A stretch of 64,000 nt of DNA from Lytechinus pictus (Eukaryota): the NCBI RefSeq assembly GCF_037042905.1, contig NC_087250.1:13084001-13148000 (forward strand). Reading direction: 5' to 3'. Positions within the stretch are counted from its first letter, which is position 1; the number at the start of each line of letters is the position of its first letter. This document shows positions 26,406 to 37,317 of this stretch, piece after piece. The position numbers and the translations under genes were made by a program. The notes beneath the pieces are model-generated. The model did no database searches. It saw only the letters and a program-made list of their open reading frames with translations, and was not told the DNA's origin.

Positions 26406-27138
26406 AATATATATATATTCAGATTTTCAAAAAAAAATTCAAGGGTGAAACATAATACAACTGAATGAAACCTCGTAAAACCTGCCAAAATGTAACCAAT
26501 CATCACCAGTCAATACGACTTTCGTCAATCTTCGTTATTCTTCGGATCTTTAAGACGAAGGCTGTCCCTGGCCATTATTTGGCAATATTGATTAAGGAGG
26601 ATAGGACTGCTGTGTTCAATAATCACCATCAGAAAGGGTTTTAAGAAATGGTCAATAGCATCTCCAATGATAATCAATAAGATTTCCCGAAACACATATA
26701 TACAGGGGCTTTGCGTGTAGATTTATACTATGCCCTTTATGCGGGTTGTTAAAAATACTATCCAACACCCAGCGTTCCAAAACCTTCCAAAATCGTTTAA
26801 TTGGATTGATTCCCTAAAGTTCATCTTGAATAACTGTTAACTGGACATGATTTTAAACATACGGAGCTGAAAATCATTCATGACACCGATTGGATTTTGC
26901 CTGGAATATATATAGCTGTTCTCCATGTACTCTGTTGTCGTGGACATAACAAGAAAAGGAGTTAGTTTGTGAATATTTTTAAGTAATTGAAATGTTGTGA
27001 CCTCGCGAATGTGGACACAGTATTGTGAAGACATTCTGAGAATCATTTAACTCCAAGAGTGCACTTACCATTCGATGGTAGCGTATTCGGTAAACTATTT
27101 GGCACGACTGATTGATGATATCTATGATATGACCCAAC

Positions 27139-27193
27139 ATGGCTATTTTCAGCTATATTATGTTTTATGGATTATTCATTTTTATACAAGCAA
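27139..27193 (+). CDS. Ly6/uPAR protein B, exon 1 (signal peptide); spliced product 142 aa
   Basis: AACATGG context; MAIFSYIMFYGLFIFIQA then A|GTAAGT; phase 1. Confidence 0.8.
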
Positions 27194-27981
27194 GTAAGTA
27201 TGCTAATCATTTTATTCGTTATTACTTAAATTCGTGATACGGGAAGACCACTTAACGTTTGTGGATTAGAGATAATACTGAACCCCTATGAATATATATA
27301 GAAAAAACAAACAAAATATAAACAACAGTAGATAAAAAAAATAGACAACCTTGTATAATGAAGTATAACAAATACATCATCGGGTATTTTCTCACAGTTT
27401 TGAGCTGAATTCAGTCAAAATATTTCCAGTTATTTTTATCCGAAAAGTCTGGAAATAGACGCATGATTTGATTTTAGAGTTTGCTACATTTCATTTATAA
27501 TCAGCCTATGAGTACTACATTTCTGTGATTCGATTGCGATTTTAAATCTAACAAAACGCAGTACTTTTTTTATCAAACCCGATTTCTAAAATAATTATGT
27601 AAGACCAATCTCCTTATTTTAGGAAAAAAATGAAGTTAAGATTTTTCTCTATTTTTCCATTCATGAATTAATCCCAATGATATTAACATTCTTAAATTTA
27701 TTATGTTTAGAAATGGACTTTACCCCCCCCCCCCCCCTCGAAAATGGCAAAAACCTGTATTCTATTTCATTGTATTTATTTTATTTCCTTTTTTCTAATG
27801 ATTTTCTAACATTCCTGTTATATCTTGGCAATCGCCTGAAGAACTTAATTCATGGCTTTCATAAAAATTTACCTAAAATTGACTCACCTGCTGAGAACCC
27901 ACCTCCCCCCCCTAAAAAAAGAAGTTCCAAAACCCAAATGCAGTTTATCCTAATTTATAATAAATGTGAGTAGTTTTCAAA

Positions 27982-28385
27982 ACATGTCTTTCATGATTCG
28001 TTTATTTTAATTGTTATATTGCATGCAGAATACAATAATTTGTGTATATGAAAATATTTCTTTAATATATATTGATAATTCATGAAAATTTTAAGTGTCT
28101 ATGTACTGCTACATTTATTATGATGTATTGAATTATAAATAAAGGCAAGTCCATTTTAACAATATCCAGATTACCCTTATTCATATTCATTCGAATAACA
28201 TTCAACACATATGTATTTTTATGATTCGCTTTTTAATTATTATATTGAATGCAAAATATAATCACTCATTTATGTAAAATATTTCCTTTTCTGAAAAAAA
28301 TGCATGATAGTGTACGACTCTTTAAAGTATTAATTTATTGTTACACCATAATTGTTATGATGTCTTAAATTGTAAATGAAGGCAG
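27982..28385. repeat. Two-copy ~228-bp diverged tandem duplication in intron 1 of Ly6 gene B
   Basis: ATGATTCG.TT.TT.TAATT.TTATATTG.ATGCA and TATGATGT.TT.AATT.TAAAT.AAGGCA each occur twice. Confidence 0.6.
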
Positions 28386-28500
28386 GAAAGTTTTAAAACG
28401 ACCTTAATGAATCAAAATGTTTGCTAATTATTTGGATCATATTCGTTATTCATTCTTTAAATCGTACTTACCGATCGTTTTCTCCTTTTCGCCCTTTTAG

Positions 28501-28634
28501 ATGTGTCTGAAGGTGTTGAGTGTTACCAATGTTCACATGCCAACGGCACAGGATCTCCAGACTGTATCGAGCCATTTCCAAACCCTGTACCACTCACTAA
28601 TATAACCGTTGTTGAATGTGAAAAGTATTGCATT
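28501..28634 (+). CDS. Ly6/uPAR protein B, exon 2
   Basis: Acceptor CCCTTTTAG|AT; (N)VSEGVECYQCSH...PDCIEPF...VVECEKYCI; donor ATT|GTAAGT; 134 nt, phase 1 to 0. Confidence 0.9.
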
Positions 28635-29297
28635 GTAAGTATATATTGTCAACGATATAAGATTGATTATCAGCTAAAACGTTTTGAACTTAAATTGTTA
28701 TGTGAATAAAAATTAAAGTTCACAAGGCCTTATTTTTTTATCTTGGAAAACTGGCAAATTCTGTGATGTGTTAAAATTATGTATACATGTATCTTTTGTG
28801 GAGTAGAGGATCCAAGCTGGGGCACATCCTGCCCCCCCCCCTTCTCTCCCCCCCCCCCTCTCTCTCTCTCTCTCTCACACCTTCTTTCTGCAGTCATAGC
28901 AATACATTATTAATGAAAATGAATTTCCCCCCTCTCTCTTTCTCTCTTCTTTTTTTTTTTTCTGAACCAAAAATGTCCCCTTTTAGAAAATACAAAATCC
29001 ACCCCTGCTTTATGTAATATTACTTGTTAAACTCTTAATAAAGAGAAGATCCTGAAATATGGTGTTATATTCGTTATATGATTTGTCAAAATCTCACATA
29101 ATTCTGTCTTCATGCGTGTCATGTTGAAAAGGTCAAATAATTTCTCTCGCTCGCGATTTTACTAAAATAAAAATATTGCTCCATGAACTACATTAAGCAA
29201 CTTAAAAAATTTAGTGGCTTATTGCGCCACTTCTTATCAATGCCATCCAAACAACCGATTAATGATACTACTTCTCTCTTGTTTTATCACCTAATAG

Positions 29298-29537
29298 AAA
29301 TCCGTCACCATGGAAACCGTTACGAATCCGATGGGCGGAACAGCGAAAGAGTTCTACGCCACATCAAGGACGTGTGGATCACAGTGCATAGAAGCATGCT
29401 ACAGGGCTGCACCGGGTCGGCCCAAAGAGACCTGCACATACTGCTGCGAGGGAGAACTCTGTAATACTGCCAACACTATTTCTCATAGCCTGGCATTTCC
29501 ACTCATCCTGCTGACTTTTGCATTGAAGCTTCTTTAG
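29298..29537 (+). CDS. Ly6/uPAR protein B, exon 3 with GPI signal
   Basis: Acceptor TAATAG|AAA; KSVTMET...SRTCGSQCIEAC...TCTYCCEGELCN followed by hydrophobic tail LAFPLILLTFALKLL. Confidence 0.9.
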   Translation, partial: KSVTMETVTNPMGGTAKEFYATSRTCGSQCIEACYRAAPGRPKETCTYCCEGELCNTANTISHSLAFPLILLTFALKLL

Positions 29538-31253
29538 AAAGACCCATTCTATGATATCCTCAATTTTATATTTAAAATTACCCCTACACTGTGGAAGCTT
29601 AAATTGTTATCCAGATGAAAGATGATAGGATAATTTTCTGTGGAAGTCGAAATGTTTTTAGCGAAAGGTCAGAGGGCAAGATCTAGGAACTCGTCATGTC
29701 TACATCCTTTAGCTAGCACTGTCTTTTCATTTTTACATCCTTTAGCAGAGATGGTCAGATGATACGACCTCTCTAGTAGAAAGGATTAGATGATCATGTT
29801 TACTTGCTTTAGAAGAAATAATAGGATGGCAAGATGCTTCCCCCATGGTAGCGTCGATATCGCACAAGCAATATTTAGGAAAATAATTAGATTTCTGGGA
29901 TTTTGCCATCTAATCATCTCATCAAAGAATGTAGACATGACGAGATCTGAGATCCTATCATTTCCTCCTCCCCTCTTCAAGACCCGCTGCGTCTTTTCCC
30001 CATGGCGTTTTTCATCTTTTTCAATGTTGTTGTATTGACACTTGTCAATATCATGGTGGAGGAGGAAACGATATGTTTGCCCCCCCCCCCCCCCCCCATT
30101 GACGCCTCTGATAATTGAAATTGATAACTGAAAGCTTGGAATAGCAGAGTAGAGTTGTATTGGCATACCGGTGCAAGAAAACAAACTGATGTTTGTCGCC
30201 ATCTATACGCAACTGTAGGGATATACTAGCTAACTTCGATAATGAATCATTTAGTTTCAAACGCTCTGCATGTATAAGGAACACTTGATACAGATTGACT
30301 TGGTATGATATTAAACTGTCTTTTTTTTAATTTAGAAATATAGCAAGTAACTAACATGCTTTTATAGAGGGTACGTGTATCTTAACATGTAGATTTCTTT
30401 CCAACTATTAAATGTTAAGGTAATAAAAATTCGAATGCAAAAAGGATGCGAAAAAAAGCAACGATGCTCCCATCCTGGTCCATGTGCTAAGGTGAGAAAT
30501 GATGACAATCTATTAACAATATATTTCTCCCTGGATATGTTTAAATTCCATGGTTACACCCTTTTGATAATCAATAGAGTGCTTCAGTATTGTTATTATG
30601 CAGACCCTGAAATATTACCTTTTAAGTTATATAATAGAAGGGATCCAAAAAGTGGTACTCGTACTGCTTGTTCATATAATACAACTATTGCCAAAGGCCC
30701 ATTATTTTGGATTGATATAAAACCGAATTTAAAAAATCCGGTAACAGATATTATCTTAAACGTAAATTGAAAAACCTCTATTTTAAATATCTGAATAATA
30801 ATTAATCGGCTTCTTAATCATGTTAATGTTCATCCTAACTATTGTCAGTCCACCCTCATCTCTCTCTCTCTCTCTCCCCCCCTTTTTTTTAAAAGGCAAA
30901 TTTCCTTGTTTTTCCCCTTTGATTAATATTGATATTAAATAATGATATTTATTATTGGCAATAATTTTAAGTTATTCATAGAAAAATATAAATCACAAGC
31001 TTTTTAAAAATAGTTTACCCTTCGTATTTTCAATTTTGTAACATATCTGTCTCAAATCAGGAATGTTCAGATGTTATTGCTATTTTCTATTTATATTGAA
31101 TGATGTTAACGTATTGTATTATTCTTATTTAAGATTTATTCTTTCTTGCTGGATGTTACATTGTATTATATTTTGTGAGATATGAAAATAAACACAACTG
31201 AAACGGAAACGACTTTCCCAGGCGCATACATTACATGTATGAAACGTTGTTAA

Positions 31254-31647
31254 AGATAAATTCCAGTTTTGGTAACGATCTCAAAATGACTTTTTACAGA
31301 ATCTAATGTAATGACCACCCAAGTGTCTGTTTGTATGAATAAAAAATATGTGCCAAAGGATTCTGGAAGAAATTGTGTAATTGCGGAGAAATAAGCAAAA
31401 TAAGCGCGGATTCTGTCACTTCCGTCGGGTCTTTATTCCAGCAATAATAATACACTGTCCCACGTGCGCTTATCTGTGTTGGTGATCTTCAGTGTGAACA
31501 TTTTTCAGCGTAGATTTCAAGATTTCACAGAGTTCAGTTTATGTAACTGTACCAGATCTAGATCCTCGATGATATACTGACAATTAAGCCTGGTTTTACA
31601 GACTTTCTAATGAAATCAGTGTTTACTGCAAATACTGGCATTTCTCT
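31254..31647. mobile_element. TTAA-flanked MITE (Kolobok-like)
   Basis: TTAA|AGATAAATTCCAGT ... ACTGGCATTTCTCT|TTAA. Confidence 0.7.
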
Positions 31648-32121
31648 TTAAGGTAATACGAAAATGGGCAAAATGTATTTTTTTTTTCATCATAAAAGCA
31701 TTGTTAATGGAACCACTACATTTGTGTTTAATTTCATCTAGGTAGTTACGACCTTCACACATTATACTGTCTTGTACACTATAAACTCCTACATTTAATA
31801 CACACTTGTACAGTAAGCACTATTAAATAACATACACACTTGGTGTTCTACAATATGTATTATTAGGGCTTCGTTTACATAATAAACACATACCCTACAC
31901 GAAAGTTAGACATTATTTATTTTAAGGGGATTTTTACCCAAATCACCTCAACTTGGAAGAGAAAACACCTTTTTCCCCCTTTTTCTTACCCCCAATTCAC
32001 ATCCATTCGAAATTAAAACCATTTCTATGGTAGATTCTTCCCCTTAATAAACCTGCACCTCCTGTATGAAAATCGATCCTTGTCCACTGTTATACATCAT
32101 TAACACTGTTATATATTATAT

Positions 32122-32415
32122 GTGGAAGCGCTGTGGTGTAGCGGTTCTGACTCTCGCCTTGTAATCAGAGGGTCGTGTGTTCGAATCCCACCATGGCCTA
32201 GCGTCCTTTGGCAAGGCGTCAATCCACAATTTGCCACTCTCCACCCAGGTGTTAAATGGGTACCCGGTAGGATGCGAAAGCCTATGTAGTATGCCTAGCA
32301 ATTGAGTCTTGGAACTCTTGTTGGAATGCTCCCCAGGGAGTGGAGAAGGTGCATACATTGTATGCGGGCATGCAATGATCCGATGACCGGGGTAATAATA
32401 TATCTGTAAAGCGCG
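32122..32415 (+). mobile_element. tRNA-derived SINE lacking its extreme 3' tail
   Basis: A-box TGGTGTAGCGG, B-box-like TGTTCGAATCC, core CACCCAGGTGTTAAATGGGTACCCGG. Confidence 0.85.
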
Positions 32416-32417
32416 TA

Positions 32418-32597
32418 TGCTAGGCATACTACATAAGCTTTCGCATCCTACCGGGTACCCATTTAACACCTGGGTGGAGAGTGGCAAATTGTGGATTGAC
32501 GCCTTGCCAAAGGACGCTAGGCCATGGCGGGATTCGAACACACGACCCTCTGATTACAAGGGGAGAGTCAGAACCGCTACACCACGGCGCTTCCACT
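32418..32597 (-). mobile_element. Inverted 5' half of the same SINE
   Basis: Reverse complement of 32122-32300 with about 4 substitutions. Confidence 0.9.
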
Positions 32598-32649
32598 AAT
32601 ATTATATTATATATTCCACTAATATTATTTATCATTGCTCTGTTTTACT

Positions 32650-33481
32650 CAAATGGGTACCCAACCCACCCAAAAACTTGTTTTCAAAGGAAAAAGAAAA
32701 ATCAGACAAGTTAATAGGTGAAAGTTTGAAAAATATCGGACAAAGAATAATAAAGTTATGAATTTGTAAAAGTTGTAAGAATTGATAATCACTCTACCCA
32801 TGGAGACTTCAAATTTGCCACATATGTGATGTCATAGTGATGTAGGCCAAGGACTTTTTTTCCATGTACTCCAATAAACAAAATGGATATTTTATTCTTT
32901 TTAAGTTTTACTCCAAATTATATCTTTTTTTCAAGAGGATATAAGACAATATAGGCCTACTACATGTACCTAGGGCTGGGTTATATTTATATCACTCCCC
33001 CAGGGAATGGATAGAAGAAAACTACAAATCCCTGATAATTTACTACGCATCCTATGGCAAAGTTGTCCTTGCCCCTTGTCATAATTCACTTTAATACCCA
33101 GTTGCCAATTTGAAATCTACATAGTCTTCGGGGGTGTTGCAAGAAAATATTTGCAATCAATCGCAAATATTATGTTGCAATTTTACAGAAGTTGATTGAT
33201 CACTTTTAATTTTAGCCAATCAGATTACGCTCCTTGTTTAATGGAGCAGATTAGCAATCAATCACAAATTTGCAATGAATTGCACGGCATATGCTTGATT
33301 TCGGGAATGAAAATAGACTTGCAATTGATCGTAAGTTTCTTGCAACGCCACATAAGGATCTCAGTTTTAAAGCAGCCATAACTTTCCTATTGCTTGTGCG
33401 ATTTCTTTCAAACTTTAGCGCCATTCTGTACTTTCTTTCCTTTCCAACGCAACGTTTCATGGCGAATGCTGGATTCCTTTA
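32650..33481. mobile_element. Decayed Kolobok-like MITE containing a nested Harbinger-like MITE (33130-33349)
   Basis: Subterminal GAAAGTTTGA...AAAGTTATG motif shared with the 56444 element; nested TIRs GGGGTGTTGCAAGAAA / TTTCTTGCAACGCC. Confidence 0.55.
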
Positions 33482-34519
33482 GATATTATCATTATTTTCA
33501 TTTTTACCTTATTTCTCATTTTCATCAACAGCATTATAACAATGACCAACATCGAACTCGCTCTCAGCTAAAAAAAAGTATAAACGAAAACAAAACTTGC
33601 TTTGTCATTTTATTTTCCCAGGGCTGAGTAGAATCCGTCTTATCACAAATGTAAGAGATACCCATCACAAAGTTATCAATACCACACAAAAAGCTTCGCC
33701 ACTCATTAAATCAAAACATATAAAGTGAAAGTGATACAGACAGTTCCTTGTACCAGTGCGGTATGGCATCACCACCTCTTAAGGAAGATGGATATTAATA
33801 TCTCGATAAAGTTAGTCTCTGTCGTATTTTTCGTTTGAGGAGTCACGCATGGATACCATCGCCGCCATCTCGAAGCCCGCCCGTGCCTCGTTAATTTGAA
33901 CACACACGATCCGTGGTTATGGTAACGCGGGACGCACTCCGATGATTCTTTGTGTTTCCCTGGAAACCAACAACGCTCCTGCCGCATAGAGAAATATAAA
34001 TCGAGAGAGAAGACACTTGTTGATGGTGATGATGATGTTGCGATGCCGATATGAATTTCGGCATTGTATGAATTCCATTAGTTAATTGGTTGAAGATGCA
34101 CAGGGTTACTTGTAGTTTAGACAGTATCGCAATAAATTGCTAATAATCAAGCGCTGAAATATTAATTAGCGTCCACTACTACATTTATACATATCACATT
34201 TTTTCATCCTTGGTACTTGCAAGGACAGTTGGTGGTTGTGCTTAAGAAGCTTTGACAGGTCGAAATTGCACATAATGAGAAGAGTGTTTGAAATAATTTC
34301 CAATTCAGAAATAAAAGTAAAATTATCAGAATCCAACAAACATTGACAAATGGACAACCACACAATTCTCTGAATTGAGGATATTCAACGAATGATCATT
34401 AAAAAGCGTGTACGTGGTTGCCGAGTACAATAGTTCTTCTGGAAGAACGGGCCCCCTTCTCGCACAATTATAATTCACGTGCCCTCGCAGGACCACGTGA
34501 CATTTTGTTAGGTCAATAT

Positions 34520-34576
<57 letters not shown>

Positions 34577-34952
34577 CTATATAAATGTGTGAAGTTATAC
34601 ATGTACAACAACTTTGGCAACTCTTTTATTTAAATATTTTGTGAAAGAAATGGATGAAGAGAACAATGGTAGGCATAGCTTAAATCAAGGTTCCCCAGAG
34701 CTATCTACCCTTTGGATCCGATTAACCGTCAGATAGACAGATTTTCGACACTATACAATTATAATTTCCTTTGTCGGGTGAAGATGGGTTTTGAACAATG
34801 AACAAGCAATAGCTTTGATCCAGCTGAGGCATGGCGGCTTGTCATTGTTCAAAATCCACCTTCACCCGACAAAGGAAATTGTAATTGGTATAGTGTTGAA
34901 AATCTGTCTATCTGACGGTTAATCGGATCGGGGTCGCCCTAGCCACTCACCC

Positions 34953-35024
34953 GTCTCTGTGGTCTAGTGGTTAAGGCACCGGCGTTCAAAGCTGGGGGCA
35001 CGGGTTCGATTCCCGGCAGAGACA
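34953..35024 (+). tRNA. tRNA-like gene with UCA anticodon (opal-suppressor-like; tRNA-Glu-like body), copy 1
   Basis: Acceptor GTCTCTG/CAGAGAC 7 of 7; D stem GTCT/AGGC; anticodon stem CCGGC/GCTGG, loop GTTCAAA (TCA at 34986-34988); T arm ACGGG-TTCGATT-CCCGG (one mismatch); TTTTT immediately downstream. Confidence 0.6.
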
Positions 35025-35359
35025 TTTTTCGGCATCACCAATTTTTCCAAAGGGTTGATAGCTCTGGGGAACCTTGATTTAAGCTATGCCTACCATTGTT
35101 CTCTTCATCAATTTCTTTCACAAAATATTTAAATAAAAGAGTTGCCAAAGCTGTTGTACATGTATAACTTCACACATTTGTATACTTTCTCCCATACGTG
35201 TACTGTATCAAAGCAATAGCTTTGATCCAGCTGAGGCATGGCGGCTTGTCATTGTTCAAAACCCACCTTCACCCGACCAAGGAAATTATAATTGGTATAG
35301 TGTCGAAAATCTGTCTATCTGACGGTTAATCGGATCGGGGTCGCCCGAGCCACTAACCC

Positions 35360-35432
35360 GTCTCTGTGGTCTAGTGGTTAAGGCACCGGCGTTCAAAGCT
35401 GGGGGCCCGGGTTCGATTCCCGGCAGGAGACA
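35360..35432 (+). tRNA. tRNA-like gene with UCA anticodon, copy 2
   Basis: Same fold; perfect T stem CCGGG/CCCGG; one extra G in the 3' acceptor strand; TCA at 35393-35395; TTTTTT terminator. Confidence 0.55.
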
Positions 35433-35714
35433 TTTTTTGGCATCACCAATTTTTCCAAAGGGTAGATAGCTCTGGGGAACCTTGATTTAAGCTATGCCTA
35501 CCATTGTTCTCTTCATCCATTTCTTTCACAAAATATATATATATGTGTGTGTGTGTGATGGTGTGTGTGAGAGGGTGTGTGTGTGGATGCACATACTGTG
35601 GATGTTGCATGGATTAAAAAAAAAATAGTGATAAAGATACACCAGCTGTTGAAATATATCAGTTCTTGTTCTTCTTCTATACTGTTTAGTGATATCAGGG
35701 AGTTTATTCATAAG

Positions 35715-35945
35715 GTGTTGGGGCTCAGTGGATAAGTATACTCTCTTCGAAACAAAGGTACCGGGTTCAAAACCCTACCGCGGCACTCGTGTCCTTTGGC
35801 AAGAGGCGATGCCACTCTCCATCCATGTGAAGTGAATGGTTAAGCCTACCCGATATTTTTTAAATGCTCGAGCGCCAGATAAGAGTAGCGTTGCTAAAGC
35901 TTGGGTTATAGTAAGCGGTGTTTTAAATAATAGCGCTATTAAAAT
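35715..35945 (+). mobile_element. Diverged tRNA-derived SINE
   Basis: GGCTCAGTGG...GGGTTCAAAACCC...GTCCTTTGGCAAG...GCCACTCTCCATCCA, similar to the 32122 SINE. Confidence 0.6.
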
Positions 35946-36935
35946 TGTGGCTAATTCCTATTTAAAAGGTATGCTCTACAGAAAATACCTTTTCACTCCG
36001 CTACGTTGTTTTGTATTTTCCCTGACTTCGAACTTGTTGTTGAAAATTTGATCTGAAATTACTTTTTAAAGCAATCAATCATTCATCGATATTTGCAGTA
36101 AGCAAAATTCATCAGTATTTTCCCTATAGAATATATCAATTACCTGATTGTGAGATTATTAAATTCAATGCGGTTCTTTAAATTCCTGACCCATATATAT
36201 GACGAATGCATTAACAGGTAGAAATATATATAACAATTGATAGTTTATATATGGCGGTTCTATTGTTCATGAAAATATTGGGTTCTTTTTGGATCTCTAT
36301 TTTATCTGCCGCTTGAAAATAGATCGATAATGCATTGAAACTTGTAAGCCTGTCATTTATGGGAGAAAAAATGGCCATTAAAGAATAAAGGGACAGCACA
36401 ATAACTTTGAAAAAATGAAAGAAAAGAAATGCAAAACAAAGTTCAGGGATTTGTTTCGCATTTAAAGTCATCGTTGCTCAGGCACATAAAAAAAAAAACG
36501 TGATTTTACCAAAAAAAAAAATTCGCAGAAAGCATTAACACAATCATTCTGTAAATTCATAAAACAGGAATTTTTCTGCAATTTAACAGAACAGGTCTTT
36601 TTAGAAAGGGGAAAAGGGTGTTTTATTTAAAGATTTTTTGTAAGATTCCATACACCAAATACCAATTTCCTGTAAGATTACGCAATCTGGTAAGATTACA
36701 GGTGTTCTCGAGACTCTGCTGCAAGAACTTCTTTTATTTTAAGGATAAATTTTCTACCTGTGCAATAATGACCCCCTTCCCTACACATCTTTGGACGTTT
36801 CCTACGAGGAAAATGTGAAAATCGGGTGAAATCAAAATCTTTGAAAAGAACTAATAATTTATTATGTTTAGTACACGACGCCTAAGCGCGTGGGAAGTGA
36901 TGTTAGAACACCGAATAGCACATAATTAGCATTAA

Positions 36936-37317
36936 AGGTATTGTTTAACTTTGTGAGCACTGAGCCGATTAAAAAAATTCTCAAACCAAGATGAAACATG
37001 TGTACAAGTGCATGTATTAGAACTAATAAACCCTGAAAACAACCATTATTGAGAATGAAAAACTAAAACTACAAGGCAAACCTCGATTTCGTAAATAGGC
37101 GTCTTATAGACGCCTAAATAGTACACATAAGTGTATGGGATGAAATTAAGATGGTGTTTTCGGTCACTTTATATTTCAATTTTTGAAGCACTTAATAATT
37201 ATTTTCGAACGCAATTTTTTCTGGGCTTCATTTTTCTAACATATCACAGACACAGGTGACAAGTGTGACCTTCTAGCTCAGATTTTTTAAAAGTCAAACC
37301 AATGTTAACCAATCACT
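36936..37317 (+). mobile_element. TTAA-flanked MITE (Kolobok-like), young family
   Basis: TTAA on both sides; TIR AGGTATTGTTTAAC / GTTAACCAATCACT; nearly identical inverted copy at 54875-55252. Confidence 0.85.

Larger units (their letters stand above)
34578..35535. mobile_element. Repeat with inverted plus tandem (Penelope pseudo-LTR-like) arrangement of a ~407-bp unit, inserted in (TA)n
   Basis: Unit 1 34803-35208; unit 2 35209-35535 (3'-truncated); inverted internally deleted copy 34578-34807; (TA)n on both flanks. Confidence 0.75.

Noticed and set aside
32116..32714. ORFs with duplicated peptide HPTGYPFNTWVESGKLW; SINE heads as real tRNAs
   Set aside because: Products of the inverted SINE pair; the heads lack acceptor-stem pairing and run into SINE bodies.
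34953..35024. Authentic selenocysteine tRNA
   Set aside because: Short 4-nt variable loop, standard 7/5 fold and Glu-like arms; tRNA-Sec needs a long variable arm and extended acceptor/D stems.
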